64,000 bases of DNA. Origin: Zootoca vivipara (lineage: Eukaryota). The notes beneath the pieces were generated by a model, which saw nothing but the letters and a program-made list of their open reading frames with translations, ran no database searches and was not told the origin of the DNA. The stretch covers positions 41,602,001 to 41,666,000 of the forward strand of contig NC_083280.1 in the NCBI RefSeq assembly GCF_963506605.1, read 5' to 3'. Within the stretch, counting starts at the first letter, position 1, and the number at the start of each line of letters is the position of its first letter. Shown in pieces: positions 1-12,425 of this stretch. The position numbers and the translations under genes are program-made.

Positions 1-860
1 ATCTCTCCGCACCCAGTAAGAGAATCAAAGCTCTTCAGGGAAGCAACATCTTCGCACAGAGCACTGGGGTACTCATAGGAGGACTCTGACAGCAGCTCGC
101 CATCAGAACATTCTTGTGCCAAACAGTCAGCAGAAAACGTTTCTCCGGCTTTGAAGAAATACTTGCCGAACCTGCCTGCCAACTCTGACTTGCAGCCTGG
201 AAATGGCAGCCTTTTTTGTTTCTCTGACAGCAAGGAAAGACTCTCCGGCTTGGTTTTTTTCATGTGAAATATATCCCGGAGGCCTTTTTTGGATCGCTTC
301 AGGGAAATCCTCTTCCTTGGGATACTTTTTGCAACCGCTGGCACAAAGGGCACCTGTGGCACAAAGTTTCGGTAATCAATCATCTGCTGTGGGCTGTTCA
401 AGAAGTGGCTCGAGCTGCCCACCGATTCTTTCTTGCTGCTAGAATTCTGTGTGTTCCCAATTCCAGAAAAGCTGGCGCTGTTGATCATACGCCCTTTACT
501 TCTCCCAGGAGCTGCCATGCCTTCCTCTGAGATCTTGTTATTGTAGCTGCTGTGTTCAGTTTTGTCCACACCTCCCAGAACACAGTCATGGGTTTTACTT
601 TTCCTTACTGGTTTGTAGAAGGAATCTGGGAGCAACAGGATGCTCTCACTAGATCCAGTCTTGATTGAGCTGTTGGAAATGCTATCGCTTCTATCAGCAG
701 GAAAACTTGCTTTTTGGATTTCAACTGCAGGGTGGCTCCTTTCTCTTATGTCTATTCCTACATTGCCCTTTTCCCCAGGACTCAAGCTCACTAAAGGTAA
801 TTTCTCATGGGTCAGCTGCATGCTGGATTTTATAAAGGTTTTTCCTCTTTTGAACTCCAT
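1..860 (-). CDS. AMER3: APC membrane recruitment protein 3, N-terminal 286 codons; CDS runs off the left edge of the window
   Basis: Hand translation from ATG at 860: MEFKRGKTFIKSSMQLTHEK...KPVRKSKTHD...MIDYRNFVPQVPFVPAVAKSIPRKRISLKR...ALCEDVASLKSFDSLTGCGE, matching recalled human AMER3 motifs. Splice acceptor ttgtag|A places the exon start at 881. Not in the ORF track because there is no stop codon in the window. Confidence 0.95.
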   Translation of the reverse strand, partial: MEFKRGKTFIKSSMQLTHEKLPLVSLSPGEKGNVGIDIRERSHPAVEIQKASFPADRSDSISNSSIKTGSSESILLLPDSFYKPVRKSKTHDCVLGGVDKTEHSSYNNKISEEGMAAPGRSKGRMINSASFSGIGNTQNSSSKKESVGSSSHFLNSPQQMIDYRNFVPQVPFVPAVAKSIPRKRISLKRSKKGLRDIFHMKKTKPESLSLLSEKQKRLPFPGCKSELAGRFGKYFFKAGETFSADCLAQECSDGELLSESSYEYPSALCEDVASLKSFDSLTGCGE

Positions 861-994
861 GTTGTCTCATCACATCTGGATCTACAATCAAAACAAAGAG
901 TAAACTTAAGGAGTACCTCCAGGATTCACCTGGTGGCAAGCAACCATGCTTCTTGGATACTTTGTTTAAAATCATGGTTTTAAAAGTTTAAAAG

Positions 995-1103
995 TTTTAG
1001 AGGGAACATGGAAGCAAGAACTTGTATAAATCCTAGATGTGTAAGTTTTGCTTAGGGCATTTTGAGCCTTTGCTTTTTGACTTGGGTGGGTATAAATAAT
1101 AAA

Positions 1104-1148
<45 letters not shown>

Positions 1149-1236
1149 CACCCAAGAAGCAAAGGCTTAAAATGTCCTAAGCAAAACTAACACATCTAGA
1201 TTTATTCAAATTCCTGCTTCCATGTTCCCTCTAAAA
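995..1236. repeat. Imperfect inverted repeat (arms about 100 bp) flanking an (ATT)n microsatellite
   Basis: ttttagagggaacatggaagca...cttgggtgggta (about 995-1092) is the near reverse complement of tacccacccaag...tgcttccatgttccctctaaaa (about 1145-1236). Confidence 0.9.
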
Positions 1237-3705
1237 TGACAATAAGTGAAGAGGCACTTAGCAGCTGACTTGGCAGTGTCTGTTCAAATAATGTTTCCTG
1301 ATCCAATCAGGATGTTCAAAGTGGGTTGTGGCAAGGTCAGGAAGTAACTACTCTTGCCTCCTTAGGAGTGTGCTGTGCACTTTGAATATCCTGGTTCTAG
1401 AAGGATAGTACTGTGCTGCAGAACTGGTTTAGTCCTTTGTGCAAGACATTTCCACCTGCTGTATTGTGCTTGAAGAATGGTTGTTTGGTCAATAGCGACT
1501 TGGATGTATTTTGTTTTTCAAAATTTAGATTAACTTGATGACCTGGCCCTTAATCTCCCTGTTCCATCATGACTCTTTCAAGATTAGACTGTTACTATGA
1601 TCTGAAAATAGCAGATTGCTCCACTGAAGTCAATAAAGCATCATAGTTTTTAGAAAATTTGTTTACACTATTTTTTTATACTAAATTTATAATTTTCCAG
1701 CTACAAATAACAATCATAGCTTGCTTTCCATTGCTCTCAGATTCTGCTGTCATCTTTCATCAAGCTACAGCTTTCTATTCACCATTTGCAAACTGAGCCA
1801 TATGACCATTTTTGACATAGTGAAGTTACTCCAGATTTTCACTGACCTTTTGAATATTCCAGCATCTGGTGAGATTGTATGCTCTATATCATATGACAGA
1901 AAACATTGGGATCTTTCTAAGTTATTCTCAAAGTAGACCCATTGAAATCAATGGACATGTTAGTCCTAACTCAATGGATTTACTCTGAGTATGACCCCAT
2001 TACAGGGAAACTAGCTAAGCTGTGTAAGTTTCTATCCCGGAGTTTGTCAGACCACTATTCATCATACCAAAATAATGAGGAAATTTGTAACCGTGCCAAA
2101 AATAATTGTGTGAATCAATCCAAGTCTCCTTAAAGTAAAGAGCAATAGATTGGCTAAAATACAGCACTTTGACTTAACTGGAGTGCAGATCAACCTACTT
2201 TATTGTCAGGATACAGAGAAGCACAATATGTTGTCATTTTTGTGTTTTTTTAAAAAAAGATTTAACTTATCAAAGAATCAAACAAATAAGTCAAAGCGAT
2301 GTTGGTTTTATGCTTTACCATGTATCCTAGACACATAGCTGCCAAGTTTTCGTTTTTCTCGTGAGGAAGCCTATTCAGCATAAGGGAAAATCCCTATAAA
2401 AAAGGGATAACTTGGCAGCTATGCCTAGACAGAGTCACTGAATTAAAGCTGCAGTCTTTAAGCCCCATTTAACTTAATTTGGACTTACTTTTAAGTAGAC
2501 AGGTATAGTGTTGCATTAAAAATTGCCCATTTGAGAGCTGCCATTGGATTTTTATATGTATTGGTATTCAGGAGCTGGACTTATATCTAGAATCTCAGAT
2601 TACTTTTCTGCTTTTTGATGCTTGGTTATAAGGATTAGGGGGGGAACAGCTTTAATCATTGAAAAAAGGACTGTAGTTTTCATTCCTTTTTTCTAAAGCT
2701 TCTTTTCAAATTGTGCATTTGTCACTGTCACAATTTAATTAAAAGATTTAATCATTATCTCTCAGTGTGCTTTAATGGCAATTTATTAAAGACATTATTC
2801 ATTGAGAGTGTTGCCTATTCTATTTGTTGTTATGGTATTTTTTTAAAAAAACAGCTAAGATGAAAATGGCTTGGGAGTATTTACATATTTTTATTCTCTA
2901 TTTTAATCCTCACATTCTAAATGCAAAGCACATGGATATCACAATTTTTGTATTTTACAGTTTAATAACTGTATTTATTGATATTAAGGCTTGTAGCCAA
3001 TTTGACAAATTACTCTTCTATTTATTTAGAGTGTGGTGCAGAGATACATTTAAATAACTATTGATCATCTCACTGCTCAAACTGATTGCTCTAATAATAG
3101 CCTCTCTATTTCCCTTTGAAATAAAAATTGAAAAAAGGTGACACAATGGATTTTTATCAGACAAGAATGTTATTTGTGTGTTATTATCATCATTCTAAAT
3201 AGAATCATGCAACATAGGCTCCCATTCTTAAAGCACCCTACATGCTTGGAGCACTGTTTTCTTTTTGTTTCATCAGCCCTCTTTATCATCTGCCTCTCTA
3301 GGGTAAAATAGCTTTCTAATTTGAATATCATTTTAGGTCAGTCTCTGATTTCCTCATGAATTGGCCAAAACATGTAAATCTCCATTGGGTTTTTTTCAGG
3401 CTTAATATGCTCAGAAAATAAAAATTGCAAATCCTCTGAACATTTAAACTGTTTATATTTTTACAGTATTGAACCTACCTGTGTAGACCTTAATTCCCCC
3501 CTCAGTAAAGTATAAATGAGAAATCCGTATCTTAAATTAAGCCAAGCCAACTGTTCATTTAAATGAAGGATGCTATGTAGCTGGAAAAGGCCTTAGTTAT
3601 CACACATCTTCAGTTTTGTGAGAATAAATAACCCAGCCATATTGGGGGTATTACTGTTTCCCCCTTCTTTATAGTGCAGGGTACATACAGTAATATTTCC
3701 AGACA

Positions 3706-3726
3706 ATCAGCACAATGGATAGCTCC
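3706..3726 (+). promoter_or_regulatory. Candidate RE1/NRSE (REST-binding) element upstream of the AMER3 coding exon
   Basis: aTCAGCACaATGGAtAGCTCC versus consensus TTCAGCACCACGGACAGCGCC; two core mismatches. Confidence 0.4.
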
Positions 3727-4457
3727 CTGTGTCAATCCTCTGATCGAAGAAGAATTGCAATAATTATTCTTTCACAGCTAATGCAGAAATCAACGACTGA
3801 GGAAGAATAACAGCGCACAGGAATGCGGGCAAGAAATTAATTTGCTTCGCAAGATTTCCTTCATGCCAACAGTGTGCTACGATAGTTTATGCAGGTCTTC
3901 CTCGCCCCTCCTTGAAGCTGAGAGATTCCCCCCCCCTTCTTCACACCTTATGGAATAACTGCATGGCAGCCAGCACAGTAATCTAACCAATCACTAGCCT
4001 ACCTCCAGAGAGAGAGCTCAACAACAACAACAAAAATATTTGCAGTATACCTGAGAGGAAATCAGCATTTCATTTCTGGCTGTATTTTTGGCAGCCCGCT
4101 GTATTAGCCCGCAAAGCTTCCACCCTGCCAGATCTCATCACCTTTGCTGTTCAGTGCCTACACAAAGAATGGAAATGCACATTAAGGTCCGGCATCAGAA
4201 AGAAGGGCCACGAAGAAGCAACTAGCCCCAAAATAATCACACACACACACTGCCACTGGGACAAAGAAAAACAAACACACCACACCCTTGCACCAAAAAC
4301 CTAGTAAAAAGCCAAGGCAACAAAATATCCCACTCACCATGTTTTACCATGCCAAAAGCAGAAATCTTTGTAGTTATATTCTTGTTGCTGAGGCTGCTAA
4401 GTGTTTTATGCAAAAGCTCCTGCAATGCATGTGAGACTCTAAGGGGCTGGTTGCTTC

Positions 4458-4603
4458 NNNNNNNNNNNNNNNNNNNNNNNNNNNNNNNNNNNNNNNNNNN
4501 NNNNNNNNNNNNNNNNNNNNNNNNNNNNNNNNNNNNNNNNNNNNNNNNNNNNNNNNNNNNNNNNNNNNNNNNNNNNNNNNNNNNNNNNNNNNNNNNNNNN
4601 NNN
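4458..4603. other. Assembly gap (146 N)
   Basis: Run of N. Confidence 1.
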
Positions 4604-5429
4604 GAAATATTCCCAGGTATTTGATATCACACCCTGCATGGACTTTGGGTTTTCACATGTAGCCAATTTTAGAACAGAGAGGATTCTTTCAGCCATCTGT
4701 AAACACCAACTGTTAGCATCCACACCGAAGCATTTCTGCTTCTTGTTATTCTCTGCAAATAGAAGGTTTTGAAATGCCCATATTCCCCCAGTGTTTATAA
4801 TGCTGGTTTTCAAAGACGATTAGTGTGTGGATGGATATCTAACAGTTTGTAAGCAGACGTCATTATCCATTGTGTAGTAAGGTCACTGTACTATGTCCCT
4901 TTTTGAAGATGTTTAAATGGAGCATAGTGGGAAAGAAGGCAGCTCTCTGTGTCTTCTGCTTATTTGGAAGGCATTTTGCATCAGAAGGGAGATGGGAAGT
5001 GAGAAAGGCGGCAGGAAAAGGCTCCCCACTAACCAGGGCACTTCTAATCTGTTGCTTTTTGGTGGGTGGGGTTCAGTCACATACTGGCAAATTCACATTG
5101 TACAACTGAAGTGGATTTGGGGCTCTTTTGGAAGGCACTTCCAAAAACAACCTGACTTTCTGCAGTAAGGAAAGTGGTGTGGAAAATAAGAATTGCTTGA
5201 TATCACTTAGGTTGCACCACGCCCATATAACCTCCCAACAAATAAATCAGAATTAATGCTTGAAGAACAGTGAACATCTTATAACCTCCCATAAATTTTG
5301 TGCGGACAAATCAGCGCGAATGTTCAATGAACAGGCCTCCTGGGAGTAATTTGAGCCATTTCTTCTTCAGTGGCATTGCTGTCTGTAAACATTTTCTGTT
5401 TTATTTAAATGTTCGAAAAGAACACAAGA

Positions 5430-6080
5430 GGAACCCATGTGGTCCAGGAAACAGCTCTCACAGTCGTCAGCCAGATGCCTGTGGGAAACCCGAAAGCAGT
5501 ACCTGAGCAGAGCAGCATTCTTTGCTTTTGTGATTCCCAGCAACTGATATTAGAGGCTAGTAGCCATTGATAGCCTTATCCTCTTATTGACATGTCTTAC
5601 CCTCTTTGAAAGCCATCCAAGTTGATGGCCATCATCAGTACCTCTTGTGGAAACAAATGCCATAATACTAGTAGCAGCAGCAGCAGTAGTACTAGTATTT
5701 TATTTATTACCTGCCTTTCACCCTAAGGTCACAAGGCAGGTTACGAGTTTAAAATGTAACATTAAAAACAGCTAAAAGCTAATTGTGATCACAAGAATGA
5801 GGTGGGTGAAGGGGTGGGTGTTTTGTGTTGTGTCAAAGTCCAGGGTAAAGAGGTACATCTCCAGCATATGAGAAAACAGTATAATGAAGGTACCAGGCAC
5901 ACCTCTGAGGAGGAGGGAATTCCACAATCTAAGGGCTGCCACAGACCATGTCTTTTCTTGGGCCACCTGAACTTCTGAAGCTGTGTAAAGAAATACTTTA
6001 TTTTCTCTGTCCTGAATCGTCCAACATTCAACTTCATTGAACGCCCACCCCAGAGCTCTAGTATTATGACTGGAAACCAA
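5430..6080 (-). mobile_element. Cluster of degraded CR1 and L2 LINE 3' fragments (boundaries approximate)
   Basis: Translations resembling CR1 (KLNVGRFRTEKIKYFFTQ) and L2 (SVAALRLWNSL) C-termini, with (AGT)/(ATTT) tails. Confidence 0.6.
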
Positions 6081-7689
6081 AAGAGCGTCATCTAACCACA
6101 GTCGTTCCTTTGCTTCCTCCTTAAACCTTTGCCTACCTGGAAGGTGTTTTTGAACTAATGCTTCTTGCTTGCCTGGATGGAGGTAAAGGTAAAAAAAGGT
6201 AAAGGACCAGGGGTTATAAATGTAGAATGTAGAAACTAACCTACTACACATATTCAGTGTTCTGCCCGCTTTTGCCTCTGACCTCACGCACCACTAGCAT
6301 GTGGCCCTCAAAAGCTTGTCTAGAAGGGAATATGGCCCTTGCACTTAAAAAATACCGCCTCCTTGTTTAAAATCTTTTTTCTGACATTTAGCCAAAAAGT
6401 TTTAGGGCATTCAGATGGAAGGAAGGAGCCTCTAAAATGTTTTTTTTAAAAAAAAAATTCCCCTATTCCTTCCAATGCACATACCAATGTCTGTCACCTG
6501 AAGAAAAAAATGTAGCTCTAAGGTTTCCTTCACTCTGCAAAAAGACCTTTAACTTTTAATCAGATATTATTTTATATATTAGAAATATACATATGTCAAG
6601 TCCTTATATACCTAACTTGTTTCTTGGGACACAGGTCCTAAAGATTTTTTGTGGGGGTTTTCTTGGCTGACAACACTAGAGTTGAGCCAAGTGCTTCTAG
6701 CAACCCTGAGAGGTTTCCACCAAACCTTTGTCAAGGAAGACAAACTTCATTGGGATTTCTGCCCTTGTTTTGGCATCTTAAAATAGAATTCAGTTATCCC
6801 ATGTTAGTCATCCCTGATGTAAACTCTGGTCTTTAGCAGCCTAATTGGGTTACGTTTGTACTGAAAACTTTTCTGAGGCCATTTCTAAGATTGGGGGAAC
6901 TATCCATACTCTGCTGAATGTAAAGCAGCTTGTTCTGCAGGAATATTAAGCAGTAGGGAGTTTTCCTCCTTATATTAACTTTCGTAGGCTAGAAACATCC
7001 ATTGCAGGGGTTAGATGGCAACAGGTTGAAAATATGGTTCTACAATATGAGCCCGCCGCCATGCTCCATTTCACATTTCGCTGATAACTGTCTGATAGAG
7101 AAAGCAACAGACAGGGCCAACGTTCAGAGCACTCCCACCCATGAGGCAAGGTGAGGTGACTGCCTCAGGCAGCAGGATCCACAGGGGCAACAGATCCCAA
7201 TGTAGATCTTTTGTTTCCCCTTTGTTCCTGATGTCAATCTTCACTCCCCCCCCCCTTCTTCCCTGGCATGGGGGAGTGCCATTTTGTCTTGGTGCCATAT
7301 GTCTTGGGCTGGCCCTGTTAGAATTGAGCAGCCACATACTGTAGCAAGAAAGTGGGCCGAAAGCCTGGCAGCCATTTTGTAGACAGAAGGCAATCAGGGA
7401 GCCAGCAATACAAGCCAGTAGCATGGAAGCTGCTCTTTCAGTGCATGTCTCTTTGTGTGGAGCAGAGAACTAAAACCATGCTTGTCGGAACAGAATCAAA
7501 AAGTGAATTACTTCACAACAGCCAGTCTGTTAGGCGAGCAGCACGATCTGTTGTGTTTGTTAGTGTCCCTGGTTTGCTTTACGCAAGCTCTGGACTTCAT
7601 CTACTCTTGTGTCTAGAGAGGTGTTTCATACTATGCCAGATGTAGAGACAGTGCGAAGGAGGCCCCCCCCCTTCTTTCACAATGCTCAA

Positions 7690-7980
7690 ACATTCCAGCT
7701 GAATGTTGGGAGATTCAGGACAAACAAAAATACCTTCTTCAGCGCATAGTTAAACTATGGAATTTGCTTCCACAAGACTGCCAACTTGGACAGCTATAAA
7801 AGGGTAATAGACAAATGTATGGAGTATAAGGCTCTTAATGATTCCTAGTCATAATTGCTACATTTCCTCCAGTATCAGAGGCAGCATGCCTCTTAATACC
7901 AGTCACTGTGGACCAGGAGAGTGCTATGACATACCCTGATTGTGAACTTTCCAGAGGCATCTAGTTGACCACTGCATGTT
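7690..7980 (+). mobile_element. Degraded CR1 LINE 3' end (boundaries approximate)
   Basis: gaatgttgggagattcaggacaa...gttaaactatggaatttgcttccacaaga...tagacaaatgtatggag is a typical CR1 3' region. Confidence 0.6.
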
Positions 7981-8800
7981 CAGTCTAGATTTATTTAATA
8001 CTTTATTTTTATTACTCTTTCCTCCTGAGTTAGGGAACAGCAATAAAGGATGTAGAATTGTATTGTTATATGTTAATAATCTTTCAATTAATCGTAAGAA
8101 AATAGTTTATTTTGCATTGTGTCTATTCCTCCTTCCAAAGCATAAGATGAAAACAAAAAGCACTTTAGATTGGGCACGGGGGTGTCAAGCCACATTTTAT
8201 TCTCCTTTTTGCATCTCAATATTTTATAGTAGGTGGCAGAAATATATATGGGATTTTGGTGTATGTATACTGTTTCAGATAGCTGAAAATATAAGGCAGC
8301 AGTCTGCTAAGAACCATGTATTAAAAGGGATTATGATGCACTTGTATTTCAGGAGCTAAGGGCACCATTCCTATTGATTACATTGACTCAATACGTTTCT
8401 GATTGCATTTGAACACTCTAGTATATCCTCTGGCTCCATTTATGACTTGATTGCATTGGCAAATTTGGAATGTCCCCTTTTATCTCATCACATCTGTTTA
8501 ATCAAGCTAATATTCCATCTGCTACTTTGCTATGCTAATGCTTGCAGTGTGGACAAACTTAAGTTCTTAGTGATGAACAGCCCATTTACTTCCTTCCCAG
8601 AGTGCCTGCTCTGCAGTTTGAATTTTGAGCCCTATGAGTGTGTTGCCTACTTCTGAACAAGCAGTGTGATATTTTCTTGAAGAAAAGATTCCACTTGTGC
8701 GGATTTCAAGATCTACTTGCGGAGCTCGCTTACAAAAACCCCTATGTTTTGCCCATCAGCTTATCATTACAGAGGTGCTGACAGATGGTGATCCGGTTGC

Positions 8801-8807
8801 TATAAAA
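8801..8807 (+). promoter_or_regulatory. Candidate TATA box of GPR148
   Basis: TATAAAA about 85 nt upstream of the ATG at 8890. Confidence 0.45.
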
Positions 8808-8889
8808 TGCATCTTTGCTTGTTGCTAAACCTCAACATTGAAGAACTTCTTTTGTCTACATCAGCTGCCATTCCAAATCTCTGGGGGAA

Positions 8890-9942
8890 ATGAACTTCTC
8901 ACTATGTGTGCCAGCCAGGATTTTGAATGCAACCTTCTCCCGCTATAGAGAAGTGCCCTCAAACGCCTCCTTCACTTTGGATAAAACTTCATTCCAAAAC
9001 CTGCAAGAATTGATCATCTATCCTCCATACTCCAAGACAATGATGTTCCTGATCCCGCCGATATTGTGCCTTACAGCAGCCATCCTGATCAACCCTTTCA
9101 TTTTGTTGGTGATTCTTTCCCATGTCAACATCCGTCAGGAGACAAGATACCTGCTGTTGGGAAATGCTTTGCTCTGTGATTTGTTATATCTGATACTCTA
9201 TGCTATGTCTGCAGTTTTCAATGTAATGAAACTCCACCTCCCCAAGAACCCCTGTGTGCTCCTGCTGTTTCTGCTGGCCATGACTTACTGCGGAGGGTTG
9301 CTAACGGCTGCTGCCATGGTGCTGGATACATACTTGGCCATTTTGTGGCCTTTGCATTACATCTCCATTTTGCCATCTTCACGAGCAAAGAAGCTGATAC
9401 TCTTCCTATGGATCTTGTCTGGGATTTTCCCTGGGATTGTCTTCTTAATACTCAAGTTTACCCAAAAACCCAGTGTATGTCCAGTGGAAAACTGCTCTGT
9501 CCCCATAATACTGGTAATGACTCTACATGGAGATGGGGCTGTGAAATCCTGCTATGTAGTCTCCGTTTCTGCCCTTTTTCTCTGTCTGTCCCTCATACTC
9601 TGCTGTTATATGATCCTGTATTTCAAAACAAAGCAGTCGGGAATATGGAAAAGCATGTTCTCTAGAGCCAGTGTGACGTTCCTGATGCATCACATTCTCT
9701 TGTTCTTTCATTTCTCTCCCCTCTTGGCTATTGTGGTGGACTCCTTGCTTTATGTCAATGCTGTCATTGGGACACAGACAGGGATATTGGTCTCTCTGAT
9801 AATATGCAATGTGCTGATAATCTTGCCCAAAGCTCTGTTGCCTTATCTGTGTGGGCTTCGATACAGGGAGATAGCCTCATCCCTCAAGTTCTTCTTCAGA
9901 CGGAAGCGCATGACTGCCGTGTCTCCAGTCTCAACCACTTGA
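8890..9942 (+). CDS. GPR148: Orphan class A GPCR GPR148(-like), single exon, 350 aa
   Basis: Seven hydrophobic segments. Motifs RQETRYLLLGNALLCDL, VLDTYLAILWPLHY, KQSGIW..FSRA and VLIILPKALLPYLCGLRYREI parallel recalled human GPR148 (RQEPHYLL.AN.LLSDL, VLHTYLAVIHPLRY, KTSGIW..YSRA, VLMMLPRAMLTYLYLLRYRQL). Adjacent to AMER3 as in human. Confidence 0.88.
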   Translation: MNFSLCVPARILNATFSRYREVPSNASFTLDKTSFQNLQELIIYPPYSKTMMFLIPPILCLTAAILINPFILLVILSHVNIRQETRYLLLGNALLCDLLYLILYAMSAVFNVMKLHLPKNPCVLLLFLLAMTYCGGLLTAAAMVLDTYLAILWPLHYISILPSSRAKKLILFLWILSGIFPGIVFLILKFTQKPSVCPVENCSVPIILVMTLHGDGAVKSCYVVSVSALFLCLSLILCCYMILYFKTKQSGIWKSMFSRASVTFLMHHILLFFHFSPLLAIVVDSLLYVNAVIGTQTGILVSLIICNVLIILPKALLPYLCGLRYREIASSLKFFFRRKRMTAVSPVSTT

Positions 9943-11593
9943 GCAGAAACATACAAAAGGCTTGTTGTGATTTGGAGCTGTATTTGACCTCTTCTATCAA
10001 GTTGGAAGGATTCCCCCCCCCTTAAAATTCATTCATTTGTTGTCTGCTGGCTGAGTTATTAGCCATTTGTTTTCCCAAGGTCAGCATACTGTGAATGGAA
10101 AAGTAGTACGGTAGTATCATGCTGATATTTTGATATATAATGATAACAATGTTGTGTTGGATTAGATGTCACGGTGCAGCAGTAAATTAGAAGGAAGAAT
10201 TTTACCAAAAAAGAATTTCCACCTGTAGAGAAAACTGGAAAACCAAAGAACATGGGGAACAACACAATAAGGGCAAGTGTAACAATTGTTACTATTCTGA
10301 TTTCAAAGTCATCGTATGTGCCTGGTTTTCAAATGAGACCCCCTTTGAATGTTTTTTTTAATGATGATTTGTGCTTATGATGGTTTGGGGGCAGTCATAC
10401 AATATTCCACTTTCAGCACTGTTCGTGCCTGCAGAAGTTTTGGGGGTGGCCATATGGCTTGATTTCCTATCATTGCATATCCTCTAATTTCTTGCTGAAA
10501 GCCTTTAACTTTTCATACCACAAACAATCTGGGGGTGGGTCCTATTTTATTTTATTTTAGCTACAGTGCAAGAATGTCCCCCCCAGACAGCAATGGGAGT
10601 GCTAGCAATGGGACAGAACAAGTAATGAAGTCCAGTGATGTGTGGACCGTCCAGTATAAATCCACCATTAAAGCAAAATTGCTGAGTCGAAAACATGTCG
10701 CAGAATACAGCCATAAAAAACAGCAGCCTGGTAGTGCCCTGGATTCAGCATGCATATTCCTGTGATCAGATAGCCTACATTCCCAATTACATCTCTGAAA
10801 CAACAGATATCTCCCTACCTTCTGATAGCATATTAACTTTGTATATACAGTTCAATCCTATGCACTGTCCCCTTGATTACTTTTGCATCTATTTGTCTTT
10901 TCGTCTGTTGCTGAGCCTATGAAATGTACGGTAGCTATGAAGGCAGAGGAAACGTATGGAATTTCTGAGTTACTGAAAATGTATGGAAATTTTCAGAGCT
11001 ACTGTAGGGGACGTGTCAACAGAGAATCTGTTTACAATTTTCCATAGTTACATGCCTCTTGTGTTGTTGTTTTTAGCAGTCTCATCAAATATATGCATAA
11101 AGATGTTAGAAATTGTGTGGCTTGATTTTAGGGGGGGTTACTTTTACAGCATTATCTAGACCTGACTTGGGGTGACATTCTTTCTTTCGGAGGCTGCAAT
11201 TCCCTTGGGAATAATCTGCCAGGGCTGCACATCAGCAGTGGGGCTGAAGCCAGCAGTGGGTAGGTTCAAAGCCAGTCCTCCCTCTCTCCCTCCCCCCTCT
11301 TTGGAAACCCTTTTTCTACCTCTGTTTCTGACACCCTTTCCCCCTCCCTCCCAGATCCTTGCCTGAAATTAGGCTGGGGGAGAATGCAGCCCTGGGGCCA
11401 CAGATTCCCCCCCCCATTCAGACCAAGGACTCAATTTGTCACTCTGAGATGCCATTTACACTTTAGCCAGGGGAATGTAAAATGTAACTAAGCAAGAATA
11501 GAATTTCATCATTTGTTGCTGTGCTCTTATCTATAGACTGGAAAATCAGGACCTAAGTATGCTTAGGGAACTGATCAAACTAGTCTAGCTTCT

Positions 11594-12289
11594 GGGACGG
11601 GGCTGATGGCTCCAGACATACACCAAGGGTAAACAAAGTGGACTGTGAACGAGTTTCAGTAAATAATAACTCACAGCGAATGTTTTCATCTACCAGTGTT
11701 CCGTTCCGCAGGCTCCAAGAGGGCCTATGCGAGTGGTTTCATGCAGGGATACCAAAAAAGGAATGGCTAGTTTTAGTGCTTTATTAAAGACAGGCGTAAA
11801 CTTACAACACAGCCTGTAGAACTCTGCTGCCTTTGCAGACTCGCAAATGGATGGACTTAAACAAAGCAAGTTATGTAAGCAGGCATCAGTAGCCCAATTA
11901 ACACACCCCTGGCATGGAGGCCTCTTCCCAACTCTTATCCATCTCCCAGATAAGGGAGTAGCTGACAGGAAGCCAGTATGAGAAGCCTCCCCTCTCCCGA
12001 CTAGGTGGTAATGGTGCAGGCATTATCCATGGGCAGAATTCTGGTTGAAATGGCCTTGGAGAGTAGTGGCCCAGAACGTCTGGGTTGGAGCACTGTTAAA
12101 TGCTTTTTTCTTTGGGTGATGGCAGTGGTGTCCAATGGCCCAGTAGGTGGGCAGTGGCAGTAGCAACATCAACCAGTAGCAGCAGGCTGCTTGCTGGGTG
12201 CAGTGGAGGTGGCTGTGGCATGTGTGGCAGGCAAGCAGGTCAGTCTGCTGTGGATGAATGGAAATGCAACCCCCTTTTGATCTACTACT
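11594..12289 (-). mobile_element. Probable LTR-like element in reverse orientation (boundaries uncertain)
   Basis: GC-richer block with reverse AATAAA (tttatt near 11780) and LTR-like composition. No clean TSD found. Confidence 0.3.
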
Positions 12290-12295
12290 TGAGGC

Positions 12296-12425
12296 ATTTG
12301 CTCAGTTGGCTAGAATGGTGCTGATAACACCAAGGTCGTGGGTTCAATTCCCGTATGGGGCAGCTGCATATTCCTGCATTGCAGGGTCCCTCAGGGTCCC
12401 TTCCAGCTCTTCAGTTCTATGACTC
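12296..12425 (+). mobile_element. tRNA-derived SINE with CR1-like 3' tail
   Basis: A-box-like gctcagttgg, B box ggttcaattcc, then ggtcccttccagctct...ttctatga. Confidence 0.7.

Noticed and set aside
203-903. Plus-strand ORFs at the window start
   Set aside because: Antisense shadows of the AMER3 CDS.
5772-6287. 171-aa ORF
   Set aside because: Chimeric read-through of CR1 and L2 remnants.
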